Shown: positions 9,882 through 18,090 of the stretch, one piece after another
Position numbering within the stretch: position 1 is the stretch's first letter
Layout of the letters: each line of letters opens with the position of its first letter
Position numbers and translations under genes: made by a program
Notes under the pieces: generated by a model
What the model was told of the DNA's origin: nothing
Databases searched by the model: none
What the model saw: only the letters and a program-made list of their open reading frames with translations
Assembly: GCA_964385255.1 (NCBI GenBank)
Contig: CAYLOH010000006.1
Coordinates: 9,368-73,367 of the forward strand
Length of the DNA stretch: 64,000 nucleotides
Source of the DNA: an uncultured Rubrivirga sp.
GTDB lineage: Bacteria > Actinomycetota > Actinomycetes > S36-B12
Direction: 5' to 3'

Positions 9882-9977
9882 GATCCCCTCCCGTCACTCT
9901 CGTCACATCTGAACCGGTTTTTGTGCCATCTGTGGGGGATCTTGGGGATCTCCTGTGGACGACCTGTGCGTGTAGAA

Positions 9978-10025
9978 CCACAACCTGTGGAGGAATCACA
10001 TCGGTGTGACTACTACATCTAGGGG
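9978..10025. promoter_or_regulatory. Candidate tandem NrdR boxes upstream of nrdR
   Basis: CCACAACCTGTGGAGG (9978-9993) and CTACTACATCTAGGGG (10010-10025) match 9-10 of 16 positions of the acaCwAtATaTwgtgt consensus. Their centres are 32 bp apart, the spacing typical of tandem NrdR boxes. Confidence 0.4.
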
Positions 10026-10131
10026 TAGAACCATAGGGCCGGCGGATCGATCGCGCAAGGGCCTGCCACCGGCGCGTCGCGCCCGTGACGGCAGGTTTGC
10101 GATTTGACCGGGCAGTGCGCATAGTTGAGAG

Positions 10132-10524
10132 GTGGTGACAGCCTCACGAACACCCACTGACGGACCCACCGACGGACCCAACGACGGACCCAACGACCCG
10201 GGCGCCCCTGAGGAAGTGCCGAGCGTCTTGACCAGGCTGGCCGCACGTGCCCCCTGGCGTGGTCTGCCCCACCCGCTGCGCTGGCTAACCGTCGCCGTTC
10301 TCGGCGGAGCGTTCGTCCTGGTCGGAATCGTGTTGCTTTTCCTGCCGGGCCCGGGCATCGCCTTCATCCTCCTGGGGCTCGCCATCTTGGCCACCGAGTT
10401 CGTCTGGGCCGAAACCTTGTTGCACAAAGTGAAAAACGGCACCTCTCGGGCGTGGCACGCGACCAAGTCACGCATCAAGCCTGGCAACTCCGGCGCTGCT
10501 AACCCTGCCCCGCAATCCGAGTGA
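10132..10524 (+). CDS. PGPGW-domain (TIGR02611-like) small membrane protein
   Basis: 130 aa with two TM helices around LLFLPGPGIAFILLGLAILATEFVWA. The N-terminus carries a TDGP/NDGP repeat. The start is uncertain (GTG 10132 or 10135, or an internal GTG near 10217). Confidence 0.6.
   Translation: MVTASRTPTDGPTDGPNDGPNDPGAPEEVPSVLTRLAARAPWRGLPHPLRWLTVAVLGGAFVLVGIVLLFLPGPGIAFILLGLAILATEFVWAETLLHKVKNGTSRAWHATKSRIKPGNSGAANPAPQSE
10159..10197 (+). repeat. In-frame 12-bp tandem repeat (GACGGACCCAMC, three copies plus a partial copy)
   Basis: gacggacccacc gacggacccaac gacggacccaac gac encodes (T/N)DGP repeats at the N-terminus of the PGPGW protein. Confidence 0.85.
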
Positions 10525-11203
10525 CTTCATCGGAGACTCGGGTCGCCCACTGGCGGGTTCCCGCACTCGTGTAGTGCAGCGCATCCGCGAATCGAACGCC
10601 GTTCGCCCGCGCATAGTCCCCCCAATCGATCCGGTGCACATTCGGATTCTCCGCCGCCAGCGCCCGCACCTGGCGGTTGAACCAGCGTTCCTTCTCGCGC
10701 GTGAACCGGTCGCCTCCGCTGGCATAGGTATCCACCCACAGCACCGTGCGACGAGGGCCCAGGATGTCGATCAATTGCTTCATGCGTGCCTTGGTTCGAC
10801 CACGATCGATCCAGCGCATGTCATTGGTTCCGACGGCGATGACCACCACACCCGGCAACTGATCGATGTCCTTCGCACGGCGAGCTTGAGCGATCGCCCA
10901 GTCCAATCGCTTCCCCCCGAAACAACGAACGGTGGGTGTCCAACCGTCAGCGCGCAGCTTCCGTGTCAACGGCTCGCGACCATTTCGCGTGAGTGAGTCG
11001 CCGATGACCAACACCCGTCTGCCGTTGCCGGGACCGGGGGTGGCATTGGGTGTGCGCGGCCAGATCGGTGCGGAGCACGCCCGCGGATCGCCCATCGTGG
11101 TCCACGCCGGATCCTTCCTCGGACCATCGCTCGCGGACGCTGGCACCGCGAAGAGTCCGGTAACGACCATGCACAACGCGGCGGCGAGGAGACGACGTGG
11201 CAT
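10499..11203 (-). CDS. Secreted SGNH/GDSL hydrolase
   Basis: Signal peptide MPRRLLAAALCMVVTGLFAVPASA, block I VLVIGDSLT, block III GTND, and a C-terminal DALHYT (DxxH). Its 3' end overlaps the PGPGW gene by 26 nt in convergent orientation. Confidence 0.8.
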   Translation of the reverse strand: MPRRLLAAALCMVVTGLFAVPASASDGPRKDPAWTTMGDPRACSAPIWPRTPNATPGPGNGRRVLVIGDSLTRNGREPLTRKLRADGWTPTVRCFGGKRLDWAIAQARRAKDIDQLPGVVVIAVGTNDMRWIDRGRTKARMKQLIDILGPRRTVLWVDTYASGGDRFTREKERWFNRQVRALAAENPNVHRIDWGDYARANGVRFADALHYTSAGTRQWATRVSDEVTRIAGQG

Positions 11204-11244
11204 CGGACAAGTATCACCCCGGTTCGCCGCCTGATGCGTCCGCG

Positions 11245-11742
11245 TCAGTTCGCTAGGGGCACCACCAGCGTCTGACCAGCAACGATCGAGCGGGTCCCGA
11301 GATCGTTCAGGTCACGGATCTGCGCGATGACGGAGCGTGGATCGTGATCGGGTGCCACCTCGCGTGCGATGCCCCACAGGGTCTGACCGGACTGAACCAC
11401 CACCGTGGTCGGTTGCATGGTCGGTTCCATCGTGCGCACCTGGGAACTGGCGTCGGCCACCTGCCCGGCCACCAGCACGACCGCCGTCAAGGCCAGCACG
11501 GAGGCTACGAAGGACGCAAGACGGCCACGCCGAGTGAGGCGAATGGGCCTCCTATCGGCGCCCCGATGGGTTACGCCCGGGGCCCGAGTGGCGGCTCTCG
11601 AGGCATAAGAGGTTCGAGCCCCGGGCGAGTTGATGACGACCCCTACCTGCCCTACCTGCGCACGCCCTCCATTGCGACGAGCGGTCGTGGAAACCGAAGC
11701 CGAGCTGAATCGGGACGGGGTGGGAGCGATCGTGGAAACCAT
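11245..11742 (-). CDS. chiZ: LysM-domain membrane protein, ChiZ (Rv2719c)-like SOS-regulated division inhibitor or cell-wall hydrolase
   Basis: ATG 11742 (MVSTIAPT...), one TM helix (LASFVASVLALTAVVLVAG) and a C-terminal LysM domain (VVVQSGQTLWGIAREV...GQTLVVP). It is divergent from lexA with LexA boxes 28-60 nt upstream, the same arrangement as mycobacterial Rv2719c/lexA. Confidence 0.7.
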   Translation of the reverse strand: MVSTIAPTPSRFSSASVSTTARRNGGRAQVGQVGVVINSPGARTSYASRAATRAPGVTHRGADRRPIRLTRRGRLASFVASVLALTAVVLVAGQVADASSQVRTMEPTMQPTTVVVQSGQTLWGIAREVAPDHDPRSVIAQIRDLNDLGTRSIVAGQTLVVPLAN

Positions 11743-11769
11743 GGGGAAGCCTTTCTGCGGGGAAGCTGA

Positions 11770-11801
11770 TCGAACGGGTGTTCGATCGAACACATGTGCG
11801 A
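11770..11801. promoter_or_regulatory. Two abutting LexA (Cheo-type) SOS boxes
   Basis: TCGAACGGGTGTTCGA (11770-11785) is a perfect TCGAAC-N4-GTTCGA. It is directly followed by TCGAACACATGTGCGA (11786-11801). Confidence 0.8.
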
Positions 11802-11837
11802 TTTCTACCACCCCACCCCGACACACGACGGGATTGA

Positions 11838-11853
11838 TCGAACAGGTGTTTGA
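11838..11853. promoter_or_regulatory. Third LexA box, on the lexA-proximal side
   Basis: TCGAACAGGTGTTTGA has one mismatch to the consensus. A weaker half-site, TCGAACACCCGTCC, follows at 11879. Confidence 0.6.
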
Positions 11854-11969
11854 TTTCGTGTCGCGTGGGGCGTATCTTTCGAACACCCGTCCAGGGTGGA
11901 CCAGGGGTCTGACAGTCCAGACCCCGAGCGCCCACCCGAGCAGCGGACCGACGAGCAGAGAGGGATCCC

Positions 11970-12653
11970 ATGGCCGGCAACGTCCGCGAACTTCCCGACG
12001 CCCAGCCCGATGAGACCGGATTGACCCCTCGGCAGCAGGCGATCCTGCGGGTCATTCAGCAGACAACGCTCGAGCGCGGCTACCCGCCGAGCGTGCGGGA
12101 GATCGGCCAAGGGGTCGGCCTCACCTCCCCTAGTTCGGTGGCGCACCAACTGCGCACGCTCGAAGAGCTGGGCTATCTGCGCAAGGACCCCAATCGTCCG
12201 CGCGCGCTCGTCGTATCTCGACCCGAAGCGCCATCGTCTACGGCCCCCTCGACCGAGAGCACGAACGCAGTCGCCGGGGCCGTACACGTGCCACTCGTGG
12301 GTCGCATCGCCGCGGGTGGTCCCATCCTCGCCGAACAGCACACCGAGGACGTCATGCCGCTACCGCGCGACCTCGTCGGCGACGGAGAGTTGTTCATGCT
12401 CACGGTTGTCGGGGATTCCATGGTCGACGCGGCTATCTGCGACGGGGACTTCGTGGTCGTGCGCCGCCAGCCCACATGTGACAACGGCGACATCGTGGCG
12501 GCGCTTCTCGATGACGAGGCGACGGTCAAGACCTTCAAGCGTCGCGACGGACATGTCTGGCTCATGCCACACAATCCGGCCTACGAGCCGATCCTCGGAG
12601 ACAACGCGCAGATCCTCGGCAAGGTCGTCAGTGTCCTGCGACGCATCCGCTAA
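11970..12653 (+). CDS. lexA: LexA repressor
   Basis: 227 aa with an N-terminal winged HTH ([14 protein letters not shown]...[10 protein letters not shown]) and a C-terminal S24 peptidase with the GDSM and K (VKTFKR) catalytic motifs. Confidence 0.95.
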   Translation: MAGNVRELPDAQPDETGLTPRQQAILRVIQQTTLERGYPPSVREIGQGVGLTSPSSVAHQLRTLEELGYLRKDPNRPRALVVSRPEAPSSTAPSTESTNAVAGAVHVPLVGRIAAGGPILAEQHTEDVMPLPRDLVGDGELFMLTVVGDSMVDAAICDGDFVVVRRQPTCDNGDIVAALLDDEATVKTFKRRDGHVWLMPHNPAYEPILGDNAQILGKVVSVLRRIR

Positions 12654-12658
12654 CGGAC

Positions 12659-14629
12659 CTAACCGTCCTGGTTCTCCGCGTTCAGGTTCTGCAGGGACGA
12701 CCGAACGATCGCGCCGTCCGTGGTGAACCACAGCGGCGGAAGCGACGACCGCAAGGTCGCGCCGTAACCGGCGGTCGCCATACGCGAATCGAGCACCGCG
12801 ACCACCCCTCGATCGTCAACCGAGCGAATAAGCCGGCCGGCTCCCTGCGCGAGCAACAACGCAGCTCTAGCCAAGGCCACATCGCGGAACCCCGAGCCAC
12901 CAGCCTTGTCCACGGCTTCCTGTCGAGCCGACAACACGGGATCATCGGGCCGAGGGAAGGGAATGCGGTCGATCGCGACCAACGTCAAGGCGTCGCCGGG
13001 CACGTCGATTCCTTGCCACAGCGACACCGTGCCGATGAGTACGGTCGCCGGTTCGGCAGCGAACCTCTCGATCAGCGGCGCCACCGACTCTCCCCGCCGT
13101 TGAACCAGCAGGTCCCCCACATCGCCCCTGTCCATCGTCGGCGCCAGTCGCACGCGCAGGTACTCCGACGCTCGATCCACACCACGCCAACTCGACAGCA
13201 GCGCCAGAGTCCTACCCCCCGCTGCCTCGATGAGTTCGGCCAACTCATCGAGGGCCTCCATGGATACCCCGTCACGATCCGGCGGCGGTAGGTGTCGAGC
13301 TACGTACAAGATTCCCTGCCGTGCGTAGTCGAATCCCGCGCCGACGTCTAGGCAACGCGTATCCGGCGCCAGACCCAGGGAGTTGAGCACGGGGGCGAAT
13401 GACCCTCCCGCCGTCAAGGTTGCGCTGGTGAGGGCCACCGGCTGCTGGGCGAACAGTGATTCCGCGAGTTGGTGCGCCACGTCCAAGGGGGCGATCCGCA
13501 CGGATGCACTTCGACCCGGCTCGCCGGACCACCACACCACGTCGCTCGCCGAGTGGACGAGCAATCGGCCCGCGGCCTCGAATACCTCCTCCACTCCAGC
13601 GCGTACGCGCTGCACGGCCGGTGCCTCGTCCCCGGACGAACTCGCGACCGTACTGAGTGCGGTGACCATCGAGCGGGATGAGTCCCTCAGACGCGTGAGA
13701 GCCAGCACCATGGCGTCGCTCCATGAAGTGATGCGCTGAACGCCTCCAGCCTCTACCAACTCCCCGAGCGCGACAGCGAATTCGTCGACGGCATCCGCGA
13801 AAGCCGCTTCGTCGTCGACGACACGACTGCATTCGGCAACCAGTCGCTCGAGGGCGGCGATGGTGACCTCGACAGTGACCGCGCCGGTTATCCGGTCCAC
13901 CAGTTCGTGCGCTTCGTCGATGACCAGTGCACTGCGCTCCGGCAGTACCGGTATCCCGCCGATGGCGTCGATGGCGAGCATCGCGTGATTCGTCACCACG
14001 ATGTCCGCCTCGAAAGCCCGCTGTCGTGCCAAGGCTGCGAAACACTCGTCGCCGAACGCGCATCGCGATTCACCGACGCACTCCGCGGACGTCACGGACA
14101 TCGAACGCCACACTCGTGCGTCGATCTCCCCTGGTAGATCGTCTCGATCCCCCGTCTGGGTCTCCTGAGCCCAATCGTGGATGGTGGCGGCCTGCTCCTC
14201 CAGGCTCCCCCGTTGCCGTGGTCCGCTCTCCTGCAGCGCCAGCATCCCTTGCGCGGTGTCGGCCTCGCCCATGCGCTGCTTGCACAGGTAGTTATGCCGC
14301 CCCTTGAGCACCGCCCATCCGATGTCCGTGAACGGTGTGCCGTCCTGGGCCAATCGGGGCAACTCGCGCTCGAGCAACTGCCGTTGCAGTGCCAACGTCG
14401 CGGTCGCAACGACCACCGGACCCACCTCGCGCGCCGTCCGCGCCGCCGGCACCAGGTAGGCCAACGACTTGCCCGTTCCGGTACCGGCTTGGATCAGGAC
14501 GTGCGACCCGTTGTCGAAGGCCTCACCGACCGCGGTGGCCATCTCCACCTGTCCTGAGCGCAATTCACCTCCCATCGCCGTGACCACAGCGGTGAGATCG
14601 GCCTCGCGCTCCTCGAAGCGATCGCTCAT
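12659..14629 (-). CDS. dinG: ATP-dependent DNA helicase, DinG/Rad3-like (Fe-S type)
   Basis: 656 aa with Walker A AGTGTGKS, DEAH (VIDEAHEL) and a Cys cluster (YLCKQ...ECVGESRCAFGDECF). Its ATG overlaps the hflX stop (ATGA at 14626-14629). Confidence 0.85.
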   Translation of the reverse strand: MSDRFEEREADLTAVVTAMGGELRSGQVEMATAVGEAFDNGSHVLIQAGTGTGKSLAYLVPAARTAREVGPVVVATATLALQRQLLERELPRLAQDGTPFTDIGWAVLKGRHNYLCKQRMGEADTAQGMLALQESGPRQRGSLEEQAATIHDWAQETQTGDRDDLPGEIDARVWRSMSVTSAECVGESRCAFGDECFAALARQRAFEADIVVTNHAMLAIDAIGGIPVLPERSALVIDEAHELVDRITGAVTVEVTIAALERLVAECSRVVDDEAAFADAVDEFAVALGELVEAGGVQRITSWSDAMVLALTRLRDSSRSMVTALSTVASSSGDEAPAVQRVRAGVEEVFEAAGRLLVHSASDVVWWSGEPGRSASVRIAPLDVAHQLAESLFAQQPVALTSATLTAGGSFAPVLNSLGLAPDTRCLDVGAGFDYARQGILYVARHLPPPDRDGVSMEALDELAELIEAAGGRTLALLSSWRGVDRASEYLRVRLAPTMDRGDVGDLLVQRRGESVAPLIERFAAEPATVLIGTVSLWQGIDVPGDALTLVAIDRIPFPRPDDPVLSARQEAVDKAGGSGFRDVALARAALLLAQGAGRLIRSVDDRGVVAVLDSRMATAGYGATLRSSLPPLWFTTDGAIVRSSLQNLNAENQDG

Positions 14630-16035
14630 CGGGCGGCGCTGAGCAGTTCGTCGGCCAACGCCTGTGGAACCCGCGCCTTGAGGTGCGACCCTGCTTCATC
14701 GTGATCGATGGACAGGACCTCCCCCGCCTTGTACGACCGTGAGATCAAGTCACCCCGGTCGAACGGCAGCAGAACGTCCACGTCCACCAATTGACCAGGT
14801 AAATCGGTTTCGATCGCCGCAAGCAGATCGGCGATACCCGCACCTGTGTGGGCCGAGACCACGACCGCGTGCGGTTCATGGCGCAGGACGTCCGCGACGT
14901 GCGCCGGATCGGCGACGTCTGACTTGTTGATGGCGATGATCTCCGGAACGGTGCTAGCTCCGATTTCCGCCAGGACCTCGCGAACGGCCAGTATCTGTTC
15001 CCGCGGCGCATCGTCGGAACCATCGACCACGTGGACGATGACGTCGGCGTCACGCACTTCCTCCAAGGTCGAGCGAAACGCTTCCACCAGTTCGTGCGGC
15101 AGATGTCGAACGAATCCGACGGTGTCGGACAGTGTGAACTCTCGACCTTGCGGTGTGCGAGTCCTTCGCACCGTGGGATCCAATGTCGCGAACAACGAGT
15201 CGTCGACCAGAACTCCCGATCCGGTGAGTGCGTTGAGCAGACTCGACTTTCCGGCGTTGGTGTAACCGGCCAGCGCGACGGTGGGTATCCCCGATCGCCG
15301 TCGCGCCTGTCTTTGGGTGACCCGGGTGGCTTCCATGTTCTTCAGCTGCGCGCGGATCTTGGACATCTGCGATCGAATGCGCCGACGGTCCGTCTCGATC
15401 TTCGTCTCACCCGGACCGCGGGTACCCACGCCCCCGGTGGCGCCTCCCGCTCGTCCGCCGGCCTGTCGAGACAAGGACTCCCCCCAGCCGCGCAAGCGCG
15501 GTAGCAGGTACTGCATCTGGGCGAGTGACACCTGGGCCTTGCCCTCCCGACTGCGAGCATGTTGGGCGAATATGTCCAAGATCAGCCACGTGCGATCGAC
15601 GACCTTCACCTTGACGACGTCCTCGAGCGTGCGCAACTGACCCGGACTGAGCTCGCCGTCGCAGATGACGGTGTCGGCACCGGTGCTCACCACCAGTTGA
15701 CGCAACTCCTTGGCCTTACCCGAACCGACGTACGTTGCCGGATCGGGAGCCTCTCGGCGCTGGATCACGCCGTCCACCACCTGTGATCCAGCGGTCTGCG
15801 CCAACAGCGCCAACTCCTTCAGCGACCGCTCCGCCTGCGCCAGCGTCCCCGACGTCCACACGCCCACGAGGAGTACTCGTTCAAGACGAACCTTGCGGTA
15901 CTCGACTTCGGTGACGTCCTCGAGTTCTGTCGACAGCCCGGCTACGCGTCGCAGTGCCTGCCGATCGCGCAGGTCCTGCTGCCCCGTACTGGGGAATCTC
16001 TCGGCAGGGTCGTCGTCTGCGCGTATGTCTGTCAT
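14626..16035 (-). CDS. hflX: GTPase HflX
   Basis: HflX N-domain (ILDIFAQHARSREGKAQVSLAQMQYLLPRL) and G-domain (GYTNAGKSSLLN, DTVGF, NKSD). I chose ATG 16035 to avoid a 94-nt overlap with dapF. Upstream in-frame starts exist at 16083 and 16158. Confidence 0.88.
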   Translation of the reverse strand: MTDIRADDDPAERFPSTGQQDLRDRQALRRVAGLSTELEDVTEVEYRKVRLERVLLVGVWTSGTLAQAERSLKELALLAQTAGSQVVDGVIQRREAPDPATYVGSGKAKELRQLVVSTGADTVICDGELSPGQLRTLEDVVKVKVVDRTWLILDIFAQHARSREGKAQVSLAQMQYLLPRLRGWGESLSRQAGGRAGGATGGVGTRGPGETKIETDRRRIRSQMSKIRAQLKNMEATRVTQRQARRRSGIPTVALAGYTNAGKSSLLNALTGSGVLVDDSLFATLDPTVRRTRTPQGREFTLSDTVGFVRHLPHELVEAFRSTLEEVRDADVIVHVVDGSDDAPREQILAVREVLAEIGASTVPEIIAINKSDVADPAHVADVLRHEPHAVVVSAHTGAGIADLLAAIETDLPGQLVDVDVLLPFDRGDLISRSYKAGEVLSIDHDEAGSHLKARVPQALADELLSAAR

Positions 16036-16064
16036 GGTCGGTGCAGATTCATCTGGCGACTGGA

Positions 16065-16922
16065 TCACAGTCCCCGGGGCCATTGGAGCGTGCCGCGAGC
16101 CACGAGCTCGGCGGGACCCCGGAGCGTGAGCTGTCCGTCCGGAGCGATGTCCACCCACACGGTTCCACCGGGTACATCCACCTGAAACGTCTCCACGTCA
16201 CCGTCCGCTCGAGCCGCGACCCACGCGACGGCGCATGCACCGGTACCACACGACAAGGTCTCGCCGACGCCACGCTCGTGCACGCGCATCCGCAGGTGCC
16301 CTGAACCGACTCGCTCGACGAACTCGACGTTGACCCCATCGGGGAACACGTCCGCCGGTGCGACGACGGGAGCGATGGTCAGATCACCGACGAGGTCAAG
16401 GGAGTCGACGAAAGCAACGGCGTGCGGGTTCGGAATATGCACCGACTGGGCATCCCACGTTCGACCGGAGTGTTCCACCGTGACCTCAAGCGAACCCGAA
16501 CCTTCGCCGTGCACCGCTCCCATCCCGATCGCGATCTCCTGTGCTTCGTCGCCACGCACCTCGGCCGGGACCAACCCACCGCGGGTCGCGATGACGGTGG
16601 TTCGAGAGGTCAACGCGCCCGACGCATGCAGGTAACGCACGAACACCCGTGCGCCGTTACCGCACATCTCCGCGACCGAGCCATCGGCATTGCGGTAGTC
16701 CATGAAGAATTCGGCTACATCCGCGTAATCCGCGAATTCCGGCTCGCTCACCGCGCGGACCACGCGCAGCACACCGTCCGCACCGATCCCTGCACGCCGA
16801 TCACACAACCAACGCACTCGTTCTACAGTCAGATCGAGTTTTCCGTCGAAGTCGGGCAGGATCACGAAGTCGTTGCGCGTGCCATGACCTTTGACGAAGG
16901 CGACATCGACTACCCGGCTCAC
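16065..16922 (-). CDS. dapF: Diaminopimelate epimerase
   Basis: 285 aa with the catalytic motifs MCGNGARV and SCGTGACA. Confidence 0.92.
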   Translation of the reverse strand: MSRVVDVAFVKGHGTRNDFVILPDFDGKLDLTVERVRWLCDRRAGIGADGVLRVVRAVSEPEFADYADVAEFFMDYRNADGSVAEMCGNGARVFVRYLHASGALTSRTTVIATRGGLVPAEVRGDEAQEIAIGMGAVHGEGSGSLEVTVEHSGRTWDAQSVHIPNPHAVAFVDSLDLVGDLTIAPVVAPADVFPDGVNVEFVERVGSGHLRMRVHERGVGETLSCGTGACAVAWVAARADGDVETFQVDVPGGTVWVDIAPDGQLTLRGPAELVARGTLQWPRGL

Positions 16923-16926
16923 CGCC

Positions 16927-18054
16927 TCAGCCTAGTGTGCGCTTGCGACTGCCTCGGGCGATGTCGTACGCCCACTCCACTTGCTCGAGCACGTTCGGCC
17001 ACGCCTGAACGGGCGGCACGGCGGTGTTGTGTTCGATGATGCCGTCCAGCAACCCAGGTTCGGCCTGCAAGGTCAACAACGAGGAGACGAGGTCGGCGTC
17101 TTCTGCACCGAGAAGGCCTTCGACCCCGTCGGTGACGAAGTCCGAGCTTCCCGCCTGCGAACGCGAGACGATCGCCAAGCCGGCGGTACGTGCCTCGAGC
17201 GCGGCGATGCCGAAGGACTCGCGGATCGATGCCTGGACGAACACGTCCGAGGTGGCGAAGTGCGCACGGATCCTTGCGTGGGGAAGTCGGCCTGTCAGGG
17301 TGATCGCATCCGTGAGAGCGTGCCGGTCGATGTATCGCTCGACGCGACCAGCCTCGGGGCCGTCTCCGATGAGTGTGGCTCGGATACGCCCACCGGTGGC
17401 GGCGATAGCCCGATGGAGGACGCTCACCAGGGGAAGCGCTCGTTTTCGAGGTGCCAGCCGAAGCACGCTCACCACTCGCAGCGTCTCGCCGGTCCGCGGC
17501 ACCCGAGTGACCGACCACTCGCGCGGATCGATGCCGTTGGGGAGCACGATGACGGGCTGACCGAGGGCCTCGCGCACGCGTTCGGCGGCATCGGAACCCA
17601 CGGCACTGAGCACTACTCCCGAGCCCATTCCCCAAGCCGTGCGATCCAGCAGTCTGTTCCCGCTTCGAGTCAAGGGATCCCACATGCTGTGCACCGTCAC
17701 CAACGTTGGGATGCGAGCTTGACGCGCCGCGCGGATCCCACCCCAGGCGAAAGGCGACGCCGCGCCCGCGTGGACATGGACGACATCGACCCTGTGCCTG
17801 CGCAGTTCACGTAACACGTGCGTGCGTGTTTGCGGATGTACGGGGATATCGAAGGGAAGTCGCGCTGCAATCCGCACCACCGGTACCGAGCCCACATGAT
17901 CCAGGCCCGAGCGTTGCGCACCTGCCCCGGGTGTGGCGGTGATGACGGAGACTTCGTGCCCGGCAGCGATCTGCCGCTCCGCCAAGCCCAGCACCTGTGT
18001 CTCGATGCCTCCCGTGCGGGGTGCGAAACAGTCGGTGATGTGAGCGATTCGCAC
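16927..18054 (-). CDS. Glycosyltransferase family 4 (GT-B, EX7E type)
   Basis: Starts at VRIAHITDCFAPRTGGIETQV (GTG 18054, with an alternative GTG at 18072) and carries ESFGIAALEARTAG (E-x7-E). The stop is 4 nt before the dapF start. The long 470-aa ORF is an artefactual extension. Confidence 0.8.
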   Translation of the reverse strand: MRIAHITDCFAPRTGGIETQVLGLAERQIAAGHEVSVITATPGAGAQRSGLDHVGSVPVVRIAARLPFDIPVHPQTRTHVLRELRRHRVDVVHVHAGAASPFAWGGIRAARQARIPTLVTVHSMWDPLTRSGNRLLDRTAWGMGSGVVLSAVGSDAAERVREALGQPVIVLPNGIDPREWSVTRVPRTGETLRVVSVLRLAPRKRALPLVSVLHRAIAATGGRIRATLIGDGPEAGRVERYIDRHALTDAITLTGRLPHARIRAHFATSDVFVQASIRESFGIAALEARTAGLAIVSRSQAGSSDFVTDGVEGLLGAEDADLVSSLLTLQAEPGLLDGIIEHNTAVPPVQAWPNVLEQVEWAYDIARGSRKRTLG

Positions 18055-18090
18055 GGGGTGACCGTACGGCACGTAGGTAACAATGCGCCG

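Noticed and set aside
11858-11880. A RecA-NDp-like sequence, TGTCGCGT-GGGGCG-TATCTT, upstream of lexA.
   Set aside because: The spacer is 6 nt where the motif requires 8, and the downstream half overlaps a LexA half-site. It is not a convincing PafBC-type promoter.
14626-16158. A 510-aa version of hflX starting at 16158.
   Set aside because: It would overlap dapF by 94 nt with an Arg-rich leader. ATG 16035 gives a normal HflX N-terminus, although the start remains unverified.
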